Source: an uncultured Planctomycetota bacterium (GTDB lineage Bacteria; Planctomycetota; PLA2; JAEUHO01). Taken from it: 64,000 nt of DNA. A model generated the notes under the pieces. The model saw only the letters and a program-made list of their open reading frames with translations, ran no database searches and was not told where the DNA came from. This document shows, in pieces, positions 9,852 to 17,927 of the stretch. Position numbers and translations under genes: made by a program. Location: the NCBI GenBank assembly GCA_963752285.1, contig CAVVXN010000002.1, positions 455,116 through 519,115 of the forward strand, in the 5' to 3' direction. Each line of letters opens with the position of its first letter. Within the stretch, counting starts at the first letter, position 1.

Positions 9852-10283
9852 GTGCTCACCCAGGCGGTCTGCCACGCAGCGAGGGCCCTCTCGTACCTCG
9901 CGTCCCACGGACGCGAGGCGGTCCTCGTCCGTGACCTGGCCGACCGGACGGGCATCCCCGGGCCGTATCTCGCAAAGATCGTGAATCAGCTCTCCCGCAA
10001 GGGCCTGGTGCAGACGCAGCGGGGTGTCGGCGGCGGCGTCGCGCCGCTCCGCGACCCCGCCACGCTGACGCTCTACGACCTCTGCGTCGCGCTCGGCGAT
10101 CCGATCGTCGAGACGCGTTGTCTGCTCGCGAACGCCACGTGCTCCGACGAGAGGGCCTGCCCCGCGCACGGCTTCTTCGTGGGGCACCGCGAGAAGGAGC
10201 TCGAGTTCCTTCGCTCGACGACGCTCGCGCACCTGGCGGCCTTCGAGGCCGACCAGGAGAGGAGGGCGAAACAGACCGCTTGA
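9852..10283 (+). CDS. Rrf2-family (IscR/NsrR-like) transcriptional regulator with a probable Fe-S ligand motif
   Basis: Track ORF with a GTG start. The wHTH is LVRDLADRTGIPGPYLAKIVNQLSRKGLVQTQRGVGGG. A C-x6-C-x5-C-x2-H motif is present (CLLANATCSDERACPAH). Confidence 0.85.
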   Translation: MLTQAVCHAARALSYLASHGREAVLVRDLADRTGIPGPYLAKIVNQLSRKGLVQTQRGVGGGVAPLRDPATLTLYDLCVALGDPIVETRCLLANATCSDERACPAHGFFVGHREKELEFLRSTTLAHLAAFEADQERRAKQTA

Positions 10284-10353
10284 TGGCCGAGAGTCCCCCT
10301 GATGGCAACCCGCAGGACGTCCGGGCTTTGGCCCGGGTCTGGAGAAGCAAATC

Positions 10354-10992
10354 ATGAATCGTCGCTGGCTCGCACCCCTCGCGCTCGGGGCCGCCGTCGT
10401 CGCGGTCTTCGCGCTGGTCGAGAGCGGCCGCTCCGCGGCCGCGGACGAAGGCGCCACGCCCGAGTTCGTCGGACAGACCGCCTGCAAGCAGTGCCACTTC
10501 AAGGAGCACAAGAGCTGGAAGAAGACGGTCCACGCGAAGGCGCTGGACCTCCTGAAGCCCGGCGAGGCGGCCGATGCCAAGAAGAAGGCCAACCTCGACC
10601 CGCAGAAGGACTACAGCAAGGATGCGACCTGCCTCCCGTGCCACACGACCGGCTACGGTCAGCCCGGCGGGTACCCGGAGGTCAAGGACGCCTGGAGCGA
10701 GGACGAGCAGAAGTGCGCGGACGTCAACGAAGGCGTCGGCTGCGAGGCCTGCCACGGCGCGGGCAGCCAGTACATCCCGTTCAAGAAAGACCACGACGGG
10801 GAGTACAAGCGGTCCGAGATCGCGAAGCTCGGCCTCAAGACGCCGGTCACCGCCGCGAACTGCACCGGCTGCCACAAGGCCGAGGGCAACCCGACGGTCG
10901 GGCCCGACTACAAGTTCGACTTCGAGACCATGAAGACGAAGCCGGAAGCCATTCACGAGCACCAGAAGCTCAAGAAGGACCACGAGGGATAG
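10354..10992 (+). CDS. Periplasmic tetrahaem c-type cytochrome (c554-like multihaem family)
   Basis: Track ORF with a signal peptide and 4 CXXCH motifs (CKQCH, CLPCH, CEACH, CTGCH). An RBS-like GGAGAAG lies upstream. Confidence 0.9.
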   Translation: MNRRWLAPLALGAAVVAVFALVESGRSAAADEGATPEFVGQTACKQCHFKEHKSWKKTVHAKALDLLKPGEAADAKKKANLDPQKDYSKDATCLPCHTTGYGQPGGYPEVKDAWSEDEQKCADVNEGVGCEACHGAGSQYIPFKKDHDGEYKRSEIAKLGLKTPVTAANCTGCHKAEGNPTVGPDYKFDFETMKTKPEAIHEHQKLKKDHEG

Positions 10993-10998
10993 CAGAAA

Positions 10999-11024
10999 GG
11001 CCGCGCGCTTCGGGGCGCGCGGCC
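10999..11024 (+). terminator. Perfect 10-bp GC hairpin just after the tetrahaem gene stop (attenuator or stabiliser candidate, no U-tract)
   Basis: GGCCGCGCGC-ttcggg-GCGCGCGGCC begins 7 nt after the TAG at 10990-10992. Confidence 0.35.
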
Positions 11025-11112
11025 CGCTCGACGAACCACGACTGACACCCGCCCGTCGGCCCCGGGCCGCGGGCGGGTCGGCCCCGAGGGTAGGGCAGGG
11101 GGGGACGCCGCC

Positions 11113-12672
11113 GTGTTTCGATCCGTCTTGGTGTCGGGCTGCCTCGTGGCGGCCTGGATCCTGGCTGGGTCCCTGGCCTGGGCCGAGCCGCCTTCGGCGG
11201 GCGCGGCGCCCGCCGCGCCCGTAGCGCCTCCGAGCGCGAGCGGGCAAAACGACGCTCCGCCCCCCGGCGCGGACGCGGCGACCGCCGCCGCCGCCGCCGG
11301 GGTCTCCGACTCTGCCGCGCCGCCTCCGCCTCCGAACCCCGCGGCGAACGCCGAGGCGAGCTACGGGGGGATCACGCCCGGCATGGTGGACCGCGCCGTG
11401 CACGCCGACGCCTTCCGAAGCGAGGCGCCGCTCTGGCAGGGCCAGGCGCGCCTGCGGTACCGGGGTCGCTTCACCTCGGAGGACGACGCCTCCGACCACG
11501 ACCTGTACGCGTACCTCAAGCTGAAGTACCGCGACGAGATGCTCCCGGGCTGGTCGGCCTCCTTCCACGGCCGGGCGACGCTCGACATCGGAAGCTTCGG
11601 GAACCGCGACGGGTTCCATCCCTTCGACTCGATCACCGACACGTACGAGCACCGGCTGAACGGGCGGATCTACCACGCGTACGTGAACTACCGAAGCCCC
11701 CGGAGCCTGGTCGAGGAAGTGCGGCTCGGGCGGCAGTACTCCGACGTCGGCGAGTTCATCCGCTACGACGGCGTCCGCGCGACGAGCCGCCCCCTCGGGT
11801 GCGGTTGGTGGCAGGTGTCGGCGTTCGGCGGGGTCCCCTCGTACCTGTTCGACGACGGGCGCGAGGGCGACTGGACCGTGGGCGGGTCCGTGAAGGGCCG
11901 CCCGTGGCGCGCCACGGGCGTCACGCTGAGCTACACGCATGCTCACGACCAGAACGCCGTCTACGGCCACGTGGACGACAACTTCGTGGACCTGACGGTG
12001 GACCAGCGGATCGGCATGAACACGCTGGTCCGGGGCACGTACCAGCAACTGAACGCCGATCCCCGGGCGCTCCGCCTGATCTTCGACACCTTCTTCCCCG
12101 CGCGGGACGTCACGGTGCGCGGTTCGTTCTACTCGGTGCTCTCCTCCCAGACCGAAGCCGTGTACGACTTCGACTACTACTACGCGGAGGCGCTCTCGCT
12201 CGAGCCGTACTGGCTCGGGACGCTGGCCGTCTCGAAGGGCCTCGGCGACCTCTTCACGGTCGAGGCGGGCGTCAACGAGCGCATGCTCTACGACCAGGCG
12301 GACGAGGGCACCTTCAACCGCGAGTTCACGGAGGTCTACGGGACCGTGGCCTCCTCCGACTGGCTGCTCCGGGACCTCCGCCTCGCGCTGACCGGCGAAT
12401 GGTGGAAGGCGAGCGGCGACCGGATATGGACCGCCACGTTCGACCTCGACTGGCGCCCCTGTCCGGCGTGGCGCCTGAGGCTCGGCACCGACTACGCCGC
12501 GTACCGGTACGACCTCTTCACGAACTCCGAGCGGGTCCACGACCTCGGAGGCTTCGTGAGGGTCACGTGGCGGCCTCGCTCCTGCTGGGAGGTCGATGTC
12601 CGGCTGCGCGTGGACGACGACGACGACGGGACCTGGACGCAGCTCGACGCCGGGCTGACGTTCGATTTCTGA
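11113..12672 (+). CDS. Outer-membrane beta-barrel protein (porin component candidate of a porin-cytochrome complex)
   Basis: Track ORF with a signal peptide (SLAWA/EP) and an Ala/Pro-rich linker of about 90 aa. Amphipathic strands rich in Y/W/R/D follow. The C-terminus DAGLTFDF ends in an aromatic residue, as is typical of BAM substrates. Confidence 0.7.
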   Translation: MFRSVLVSGCLVAAWILAGSLAWAEPPSAGAAPAAPVAPPSASGQNDAPPPGADAATAAAAAGVSDSAAPPPPPNPAANAEASYGGITPGMVDRAVHADAFRSEAPLWQGQARLRYRGRFTSEDDASDHDLYAYLKLKYRDEMLPGWSASFHGRATLDIGSFGNRDGFHPFDSITDTYEHRLNGRIYHAYVNYRSPRSLVEEVRLGRQYSDVGEFIRYDGVRATSRPLGCGWWQVSAFGGVPSYLFDDGREGDWTVGGSVKGRPWRATGVTLSYTHAHDQNAVYGHVDDNFVDLTVDQRIGMNTLVRGTYQQLNADPRALRLIFDTFFPARDVTVRGSFYSVLSSQTEAVYDFDYYYAEALSLEPYWLGTLAVSKGLGDLFTVEAGVNERMLYDQADEGTFNREFTEVYGTVASSDWLLRDLRLALTGEWWKASGDRIWTATFDLDWRPCPAWRLRLGTDYAAYRYDLFTNSERVHDLGGFVRVTWRPRSCWEVDVRLRVDDDDDGTWTQLDAGLTFDF

Positions 12673-12686
12673 GGGGGGGTGGCTCC

Positions 12687-14066
12687 ATGGCCTTCTTGCG
12701 CAATGACGGCCTGTGGCGCTGGGCCATCGTCGCCGTCGCCTTCGGCGTGGTGGGGTGCGCCGTCGCGCTGAACGCCCCGCGCCCCACGATGGTTCCGGCG
12801 AACGTGTACCGCGCGCCTGCGCCCCCGCTCCCCGCCGGTCGGGCCGTTTTGGGCCCCCGCCTTCCGCACGAGAAGCACGCGGACCTCGGCCTGGGCTGTA
12901 CCGACTGCCACGGGGTGGACGAGAAGACCGGCGAGCCCACGTACCCCAAGCCCGAGGTCTGCCTCGACTGCCACCAGGACATTCAGGACGAGGCGAAGAC
13001 GCCCCCCGAGAAGCGCGTCGAGAACCTGTTCTTCGACCCGCAGGGCCTGCCGCGGTGGAAGCGCTCGATCGTGGGCTACCCGGCGGACGTCCGTTTCTCG
13101 CACAAGACCCACGCCACGGCCAACCTCGAGTGCGCCGAGTGCCACGGCAAGATGAAGGGCACGGAGCGGGTCCAGCACAAGGTCCTCCAGAAGAGCCAGT
13201 GCCTGGCCTGCCACCAGGAGCGGGACGTCTCGCTCCAGTGCGCCATCTGCCACCGCGCGACCCGCGCCGACGTGCCCCCGCCGAGCCACCAGCCCCAGAC
13301 CGACTGGGAGGTGCTGCACGGGAAGACGGTTCTCGCGGCCGAGGCCCAGGGGACGAGTTCCTCCTGCCAGTACTGCCACGCCACGTCCTACTGCAACGAG
13401 TGCCACCAGGCCCGCAAGCCGTCGTCCCACGGCTTCGACTGGGAGCGACGTCACGGCCAGCTCGTCTGGCAGGCGGGGAGCCCCGACGCCGCGAGCTGCA
13501 CCTTCTGTCATCGCGACGCCGCGTTCTGTGACGGCTGCCACCAGAACCGGAAGCCCAGCTCCCACGACCACCTCTGGGAGAAGAGACACGGCGTGCTGGC
13601 CCGCGCCGGCGACATGAGCGGCATGGCGCGGTGCACGTTCTGCCACGACAAGCCTTCCTTCTGCGAGGACTGCCACAAGGAGAACCCGCCGCGCGACCAC
13701 ACCGACATCTTCCGGACGCGGACGCACGGCATGATGGCCTCCCTCGACCGCACGCGATGCATGGTCTGCCACCAGACCGACTTCTGCGTGCGCTGCCACG
13801 AGGACACCGCACCGCGCTCCCACCGCGGGCTCTGGGCCCACCTGCGGGACACGCACTGCATGCAGTGCCACTTCCCGATCCAGCAGGAGCCCGAGTGCGC
13901 GGTGTGCCACAAGCAGAACCCCACCCACGACACCGCGCCGGACCAGCCGCCGAGCCACACGCCCGGCCTCAACTGCCGTGCGTGTCACACGCCCGTGGGC
14001 GTGGGGGGGGCGCCGCCGTTGCGGCACGTTGACAACGGGACCCCCTGCCAGTTCTGCCACCACTAA
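12687..14066 (+). CDS. 17-haem c-type cytochrome, probable lipoprotein
   Basis: In-frame ATG at 12687 (RBS GAGGGGGGG) within ORF 11799..14066. The N-terminal helix ends in VVGC, a possible lipobox. I count 17 CXXCH motifs. Several form pairs of CxxCH-x4-5-CxxCH followed by a (K/P/A)P-x-(S/D)H tail (KPSSH, PPRDH, APRSH). Confidence 0.9.
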   Translation: MAFLRNDGLWRWAIVAVAFGVVGCAVALNAPRPTMVPANVYRAPAPPLPAGRAVLGPRLPHEKHADLGLGCTDCHGVDEKTGEPTYPKPEVCLDCHQDIQDEAKTPPEKRVENLFFDPQGLPRWKRSIVGYPADVRFSHKTHATANLECAECHGKMKGTERVQHKVLQKSQCLACHQERDVSLQCAICHRATRADVPPPSHQPQTDWEVLHGKTVLAAEAQGTSSSCQYCHATSYCNECHQARKPSSHGFDWERRHGQLVWQAGSPDAASCTFCHRDAAFCDGCHQNRKPSSHDHLWEKRHGVLARAGDMSGMARCTFCHDKPSFCEDCHKENPPRDHTDIFRTRTHGMMASLDRTRCMVCHQTDFCVRCHEDTAPRSHRGLWAHLRDTHCMQCHFPIQQEPECAVCHKQNPTHDTAPDQPPSHTPGLNCRACHTPVGVGGAPPLRHVDNGTPCQFCHH

Positions 14067-14067
14067 C

Positions 14068-14171
14068 GCCGGCGCGCTGAGGGCCCCGTTCGCGGCCCTT
14101 CCTCCTCCTTGCGTGCATTCGCACGCGGCGTCGTCGTCATGACCACTCCTTGGGGCCCTCAGCGCGCCGGC
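14068..14171. repeat. 104-bp element bounded by a perfect 20-bp inverted repeat with an inner hairpin
   Basis: GCCGGCGCGCTGAGGGCCCC (14068-14087) is the exact reverse complement of 14152-14171. The 64-nt interior contains GCGTGC-attc-GCACGC (14111-14126). The element starts 2 nt after the cytochrome stop codon. Confidence 0.8.
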
Positions 14172-14190
14172 TGCGTGCGGGCGCGGCGCG

Positions 14191-14570
14191 GGGGGCTCGC
14201 GGGCCCGCCTTCGGCGGGGCCGCATCGCGGGCTTGGTGCGGGGGGCTCGCGGGCCCGCCTTCGGCGGGGCCGCATCGCGGGCTTGGTGCGGGGGGCTTGC
14301 GGGCCCGCCTTTGGCGGGGCCGCATCGCGGGCTGTGGTGCGGGGGGCTCGCGGGCCCGCCTTTGGCGGGGCCGCATCGCGGGTGTGGTGCGGGGGGCTCG
14401 CGGGCCCGCCTTCGGCGGGGCCGCATCGCGGGGTGGGGTGGGGGGCTTGCGGGCCCGCCTTGGGCGGGGCCGCATCGCGGGGGTGGTGCGGGGGGATTGC
14501 GGGCCCGCCTTTGGCGGGGCCGCATCGCGGGGGTGGGGTGGGGGGGGCTTGCGGGACCGTTTTGGGCGCT
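14191..14570. repeat. Tandem array of 7 copies plus 1 degenerate copy of a ~50-bp GC-rich hairpin repeat
   Basis: The unit is GGGGGCTCGCGGGCCCGCCTTCGGCGGGGCCGCATCGCGGGCTTGGTGCG. Units start at 14191, 14241, 14291, 14342, 14392, 14441 and 14491, with a degenerate copy at about 14543. Units 1 and 2 are identical. Each contains an 11-bp stem, GCGGGCCCGCC/GGCGGGGCCGC, with one mismatch. Confidence 0.9.
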
Positions 14571-14638
14571 CCGGGAAAGGTTTGGGTGGGGCGTCGCGTT
14601 CGGGATCATGTCGCGAACGTCGTTCGGGAGTCGGTATC

Positions 14639-16711
14639 GTGCGGCTCGCGTGGCTCGCGTGGCTCGGTGGGGTCGTCTTGGCGCTCGGGCTCTCGCTCGG
14701 GGTGGGGGTTCGGGCGGCTCGGGCGGACGACGAGGTCACCGACCAGACGCTCGAGGACCACGAGTGCCTGTCGTGCCACGGGTTTGCGAAGAACGAGGAG
14801 AAGGCGCCCTTCGTGGACGGGCGACTGTTCCTCGTCTCGGTGCACAAGGACGTCGCTTGCACCGACTGCCATGGCGACTACGAGGGCAACCATCCCCAGA
14901 AGATGGCCCCGCCCGAGTCGTGCGCCTCGTGTCACTCCGACGAGTACGACCAGGTCAAGAAGAGCGTCCACGGCGTACGGTTCCCCGGGCCCGAGGCGCC
15001 CGAGACCTCGCCCGCCTGCGGGGCCTGCCACGGGATCCACGACGTCTTCAAGCCCACGGACCGCCGGTCGCACCTGTTCCCGCTCGAGGTCCCGTTCACC
15101 TGCGGGCGCTGCCACGCGAACGAGAAGGACGGCACGCCGACGCCCGCCTCCGAGCGGCCCACGGTCGATCAGCTCCTCTCGACGCTCTACGCCGACGACA
15201 CGCACGGCGCGGCGCTCCTCAAGGCCGGGCTGGTCACGGCGCCGACGTGTGTCACCTGCCACGGCAAGCACGACATCCGGCACCCGGAGGACCCGGCCGC
15301 GTCGGTCAACCGGATGAACGTGTCGAAGACGTGCGGCCAGTGCCACGTCGGGATCTACGAGCACTACGTCGAGAGCATCCACGGCACCACGCCCCGGGGC
15401 CATCCCGAGAACAACGCGAACAAGCGGGAGCCCGCCACCTGCACGGACTGCCACACGCCGCACGGGATCGAGCGTGTGGGGCTCCACTTCAAGCTGAAGA
15501 TCATCCAGACATGCTCGCGCTGCCACGGCGAGCGCGGCCGGACGTACAAGGGCACGTACCACGGTCACATCTCGGAGATCGGGCTGGGCGGCGTCGCGGC
15601 GTGCAGCGACTGCCACACCGCGCACGACATCCTGCCGTCCAGCGACCCGCGTTCCTCCGTGAACCCCGCCCACCGGACCGCGACGTGCGCGAAGTGCCAC
15701 GAGGGCGCGACGCCCCGGTTCGCGAGCTACCTGGTGCACGCGAACCCGGACGACCCGAAGCGCTTCCCCATCCTCTATTACGCGCGCACCATCATGCGCG
15801 ACCTGATCCTGGGCACCTGGGCCCTGTGGGGTCTCCACACGCTCCTCTGGCTGTTCCGCGCGTGGAAGGACCGGAAGAGGATTCGGGCGCACATCGAACC
15901 GGTGAGCGGGCGGTGGTACCGGCGCTGGCCCTGGAGCTACCGCGCGATCCACCTCACGCTGATCTTCTCGTTCCTGCTCCTCGCCATGACCGGCATCCCG
16001 CTCCGCTTCAGCGAGGCGCCCTGGGCGCGGACCGTGTTCGACTTCCTGGGAGGGGCTGCGAACTGCCGGCTTCTCCACCGCATTGGCGCGGCCTTGACCT
16101 TCGCGTACGCCCTGGCCTTCGTCGTGATGATCGCCGTGCGCCTGGCCCGGGGCGAGCGTGGCATCTTCCGCGGGCCCTCGTCCCTCCTCCCGCGCGTGAA
16201 GGACCTCCACGACATCCGGGCGAACCTCAAGTGGTTCGTGAAGGGCGGGCACCCTCCGGCCTTCGACCGCTGGACCTACTACGAGAAGTTCGACTTCCTC
16301 GCCGAGGTCTGGGGGGTGATGTTCATCGGGATCACGGGCCTGGTCATGTGGTTCCCGATCTTCTTCACCGACTTCCTTCCCGGCTGGGGCATCAACCTCG
16401 CCAACATCTTCCACTCGTACGAGGCGCTGCTCGCGACGACGTTCATCTTCACGGTGCACTTCTTCAACGCGAACCTGCGGCCAGGGAAGTTCCCCGTGGA
16501 CCCGATGTTCCTGCACGGCCGCATCTCCGAGGAAGAGCTGCGCCACGAGCGGCCGGCCGAGTACGAGCGCATGCGCGCCGAGGGCCGCCTCGAGAGCGAG
16601 GCCCTGCCGCCGCCCAACGAGCGCGTGACCGAGCGCGCCCACATCATGGGCATCCTGCTCATGTCGATCGGTCTCGTGCTCGTCCTCCTCATGGCCAGCA
16701 CGCTTCTCTGA
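14639..16711 (+). CDS. Fusion of an 11-haem c-type cytochrome domain and a membrane b-type cytochrome domain (CbcL-like quinol oxidoreductase candidate)
   Basis: In-frame GTG at 14639 (GGGAG about 9 nt upstream) within ORF 14150..16711. There are 11 CXXCH motifs in the first ~380 aa. About 5 TM helices with conserved His follow (WGLHTLLW, AIHLTLIF, LLHRIGAAL, FHSYEALL..TVHFF). Confidence 0.85.
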   Translation: MRLAWLAWLGGVVLALGLSLGVGVRAARADDEVTDQTLEDHECLSCHGFAKNEEKAPFVDGRLFLVSVHKDVACTDCHGDYEGNHPQKMAPPESCASCHSDEYDQVKKSVHGVRFPGPEAPETSPACGACHGIHDVFKPTDRRSHLFPLEVPFTCGRCHANEKDGTPTPASERPTVDQLLSTLYADDTHGAALLKAGLVTAPTCVTCHGKHDIRHPEDPAASVNRMNVSKTCGQCHVGIYEHYVESIHGTTPRGHPENNANKREPATCTDCHTPHGIERVGLHFKLKIIQTCSRCHGERGRTYKGTYHGHISEIGLGGVAACSDCHTAHDILPSSDPRSSVNPAHRTATCAKCHEGATPRFASYLVHANPDDPKRFPILYYARTIMRDLILGTWALWGLHTLLWLFRAWKDRKRIRAHIEPVSGRWYRRWPWSYRAIHLTLIFSFLLLAMTGIPLRFSEAPWARTVFDFLGGAANCRLLHRIGAALTFAYALAFVVMIAVRLARGERGIFRGPSSLLPRVKDLHDIRANLKWFVKGGHPPAFDRWTYYEKFDFLAEVWGVMFIGITGLVMWFPIFFTDFLPGWGINLANIFHSYEALLATTFIFTVHFFNANLRPGKFPVDPMFLHGRISEEELRHERPAEYERMRAEGRLESEALPPPNERVTERAHIMGILLMSIGLVLVLLMASTLL

Positions 16712-16878
16712 CCCGTCGCCCGGACCGGGCGCTCGGGACGGGGGACCCGGGCACCGCGGCCCGGCCGGCCTCCGCCCGAGCGCAGGCGCCCGTCCACCGT
16801 GGGGCGTGAACCGCGCGCTCTCGAATCGCCGGGAAGCGCACGTTTGCGGGTCGGCGATCGGCCATTAGGATCCTCCGA

Positions 16879-17904
16879 ATGAAGACCGTGCCCCCGCCCG
16901 CCGGCCCGGCCGACGGTGATGGTCCGCGCCGCTGGGCGGTCGTCGTGGGCACGATCGGGGGCCTCTTCCTCGGCGTCGTGTTCTTCGTCGCCGTCTGGGG
17001 GGTCCCGCCGATCCGCCTCGGCAAGGTGGGCGACCCGGAGGCGTTCGCGCAGGTCCTCCAGCTCGAGCGCCTCGTGGTGGTGCTGAGCCCCTTCGAGGCG
17101 GCGGTGTTCGCGATCGGAGTGGAGGCCGCCGTGGCCTTCTTCCTGCTGCTCGGGATCCGCCGGCTCTGGGTCCTGGTGCCCGTGACGTTGGTGGTGGTCT
17201 TCTTCATGTACCTGAACGGCCGAGCGTATCTCGCGTGGATCCAGGGCGAGAAGCTCCCCGAGATGTCGTGCGGCTGTTTCGGGAACCTCGTAGACCGCTC
17301 GCCCGCGGAGGCGTTCTGGCAGGACGCGGCCCTCCTGCTCCCCGCGCTGCTCATGGCGTACGTGGGCCGTCCCAGAGGGGAGGGCGCCTCCGCGCCTCCC
17401 GTTCGGACGGCGCTGGCGGGCCTCCTCACCATGGGCACCGTGTTCTTCGCGGCGGCCGCGCCCGAGATGAGGCTCGACGACCTTTCGACGCGGCTCCGGC
17501 CCGGAACGGACCTTCGCACCGTCTGCGCCGGCACGGGTCCGGAGCACCTGTGCCTGGCGGGCGAAGCCCTCGCGCCCGGGCTTACGGAGGGCGAACACGT
17601 CGTCGTGCTCGCCGACCTCACCGACCCGGACTTCCAGGCGGAGGTGGCGCACCGGAGCCAGGAGCTCCTCGACTTCGCCGCGCGCGAGGACGCGCCCGAC
17701 ATCCTCGTTCTGTTCAGCGGGCCCAAGGAGCAGGCGACCGCGTTCCAGTTCCAGGCCCTCGCGCCCCCGTTCCAGTACCAGGACGTGCCGGCGGCGCTGC
17801 TGAGACCCCTGCACCGTCGTCTGCCGCGTACGTTCGTGGTTCGAGACGGCGTCGTGCGCGCGACCTACTCTGGACTGCCCCCGATGGCCGATCTGGACCT
17901 GTGA
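16879..17904 (+). CDS. MauE/DoxX-like membrane protein (CGCFG motif) with a C-terminal soluble domain
   Basis: Track ORF with 4-5 TM helices and the MauE-type motif EMSCGCFGNL. The C-terminal ~150 aa may have a thioredoxin-like fold but carry no CXXC. Confidence 0.75.
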   Translation: MKTVPPPAGPADGDGPRRWAVVVGTIGGLFLGVVFFVAVWGVPPIRLGKVGDPEAFAQVLQLERLVVVLSPFEAAVFAIGVEAAVAFFLLLGIRRLWVLVPVTLVVVFFMYLNGRAYLAWIQGEKLPEMSCGCFGNLVDRSPAEAFWQDAALLLPALLMAYVGRPRGEGASAPPVRTALAGLLTMGTVFFAAAAPEMRLDDLSTRLRPGTDLRTVCAGTGPEHLCLAGEALAPGLTEGEHVVVLADLTDPDFQAEVAHRSQELLDFAAREDAPDILVLFSGPKEQATAFQFQALAPPFQYQDVPAALLRPLHRRLPRTFVVRDGVVRATYSGLPPMADLDL

Positions 17905-17927
17905 ACCCGGTCCCCCGAGGCTCCTCC

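Noticed and set aside
14191-14570. CRISPR array
   Set aside because: The whole 50-bp unit is repeated, with only point variation. There are no unique spacers between conserved repeats, and no cas genes in the window.
14109-14862. Gly/Pro/Arg-rich repeat proteins read through the tandem array on both strands (track ORFs 14109.., 14150.., 14233.., 14137..14862, 12492..14609)
   Set aside because: The repeat period of ~50 bp is not divisible by 3, so each ORF cycles through three different peptides. All six frames are open simply because of GC content. The CbcL-like gene has a sensible signal peptide starting at GTG 14639.
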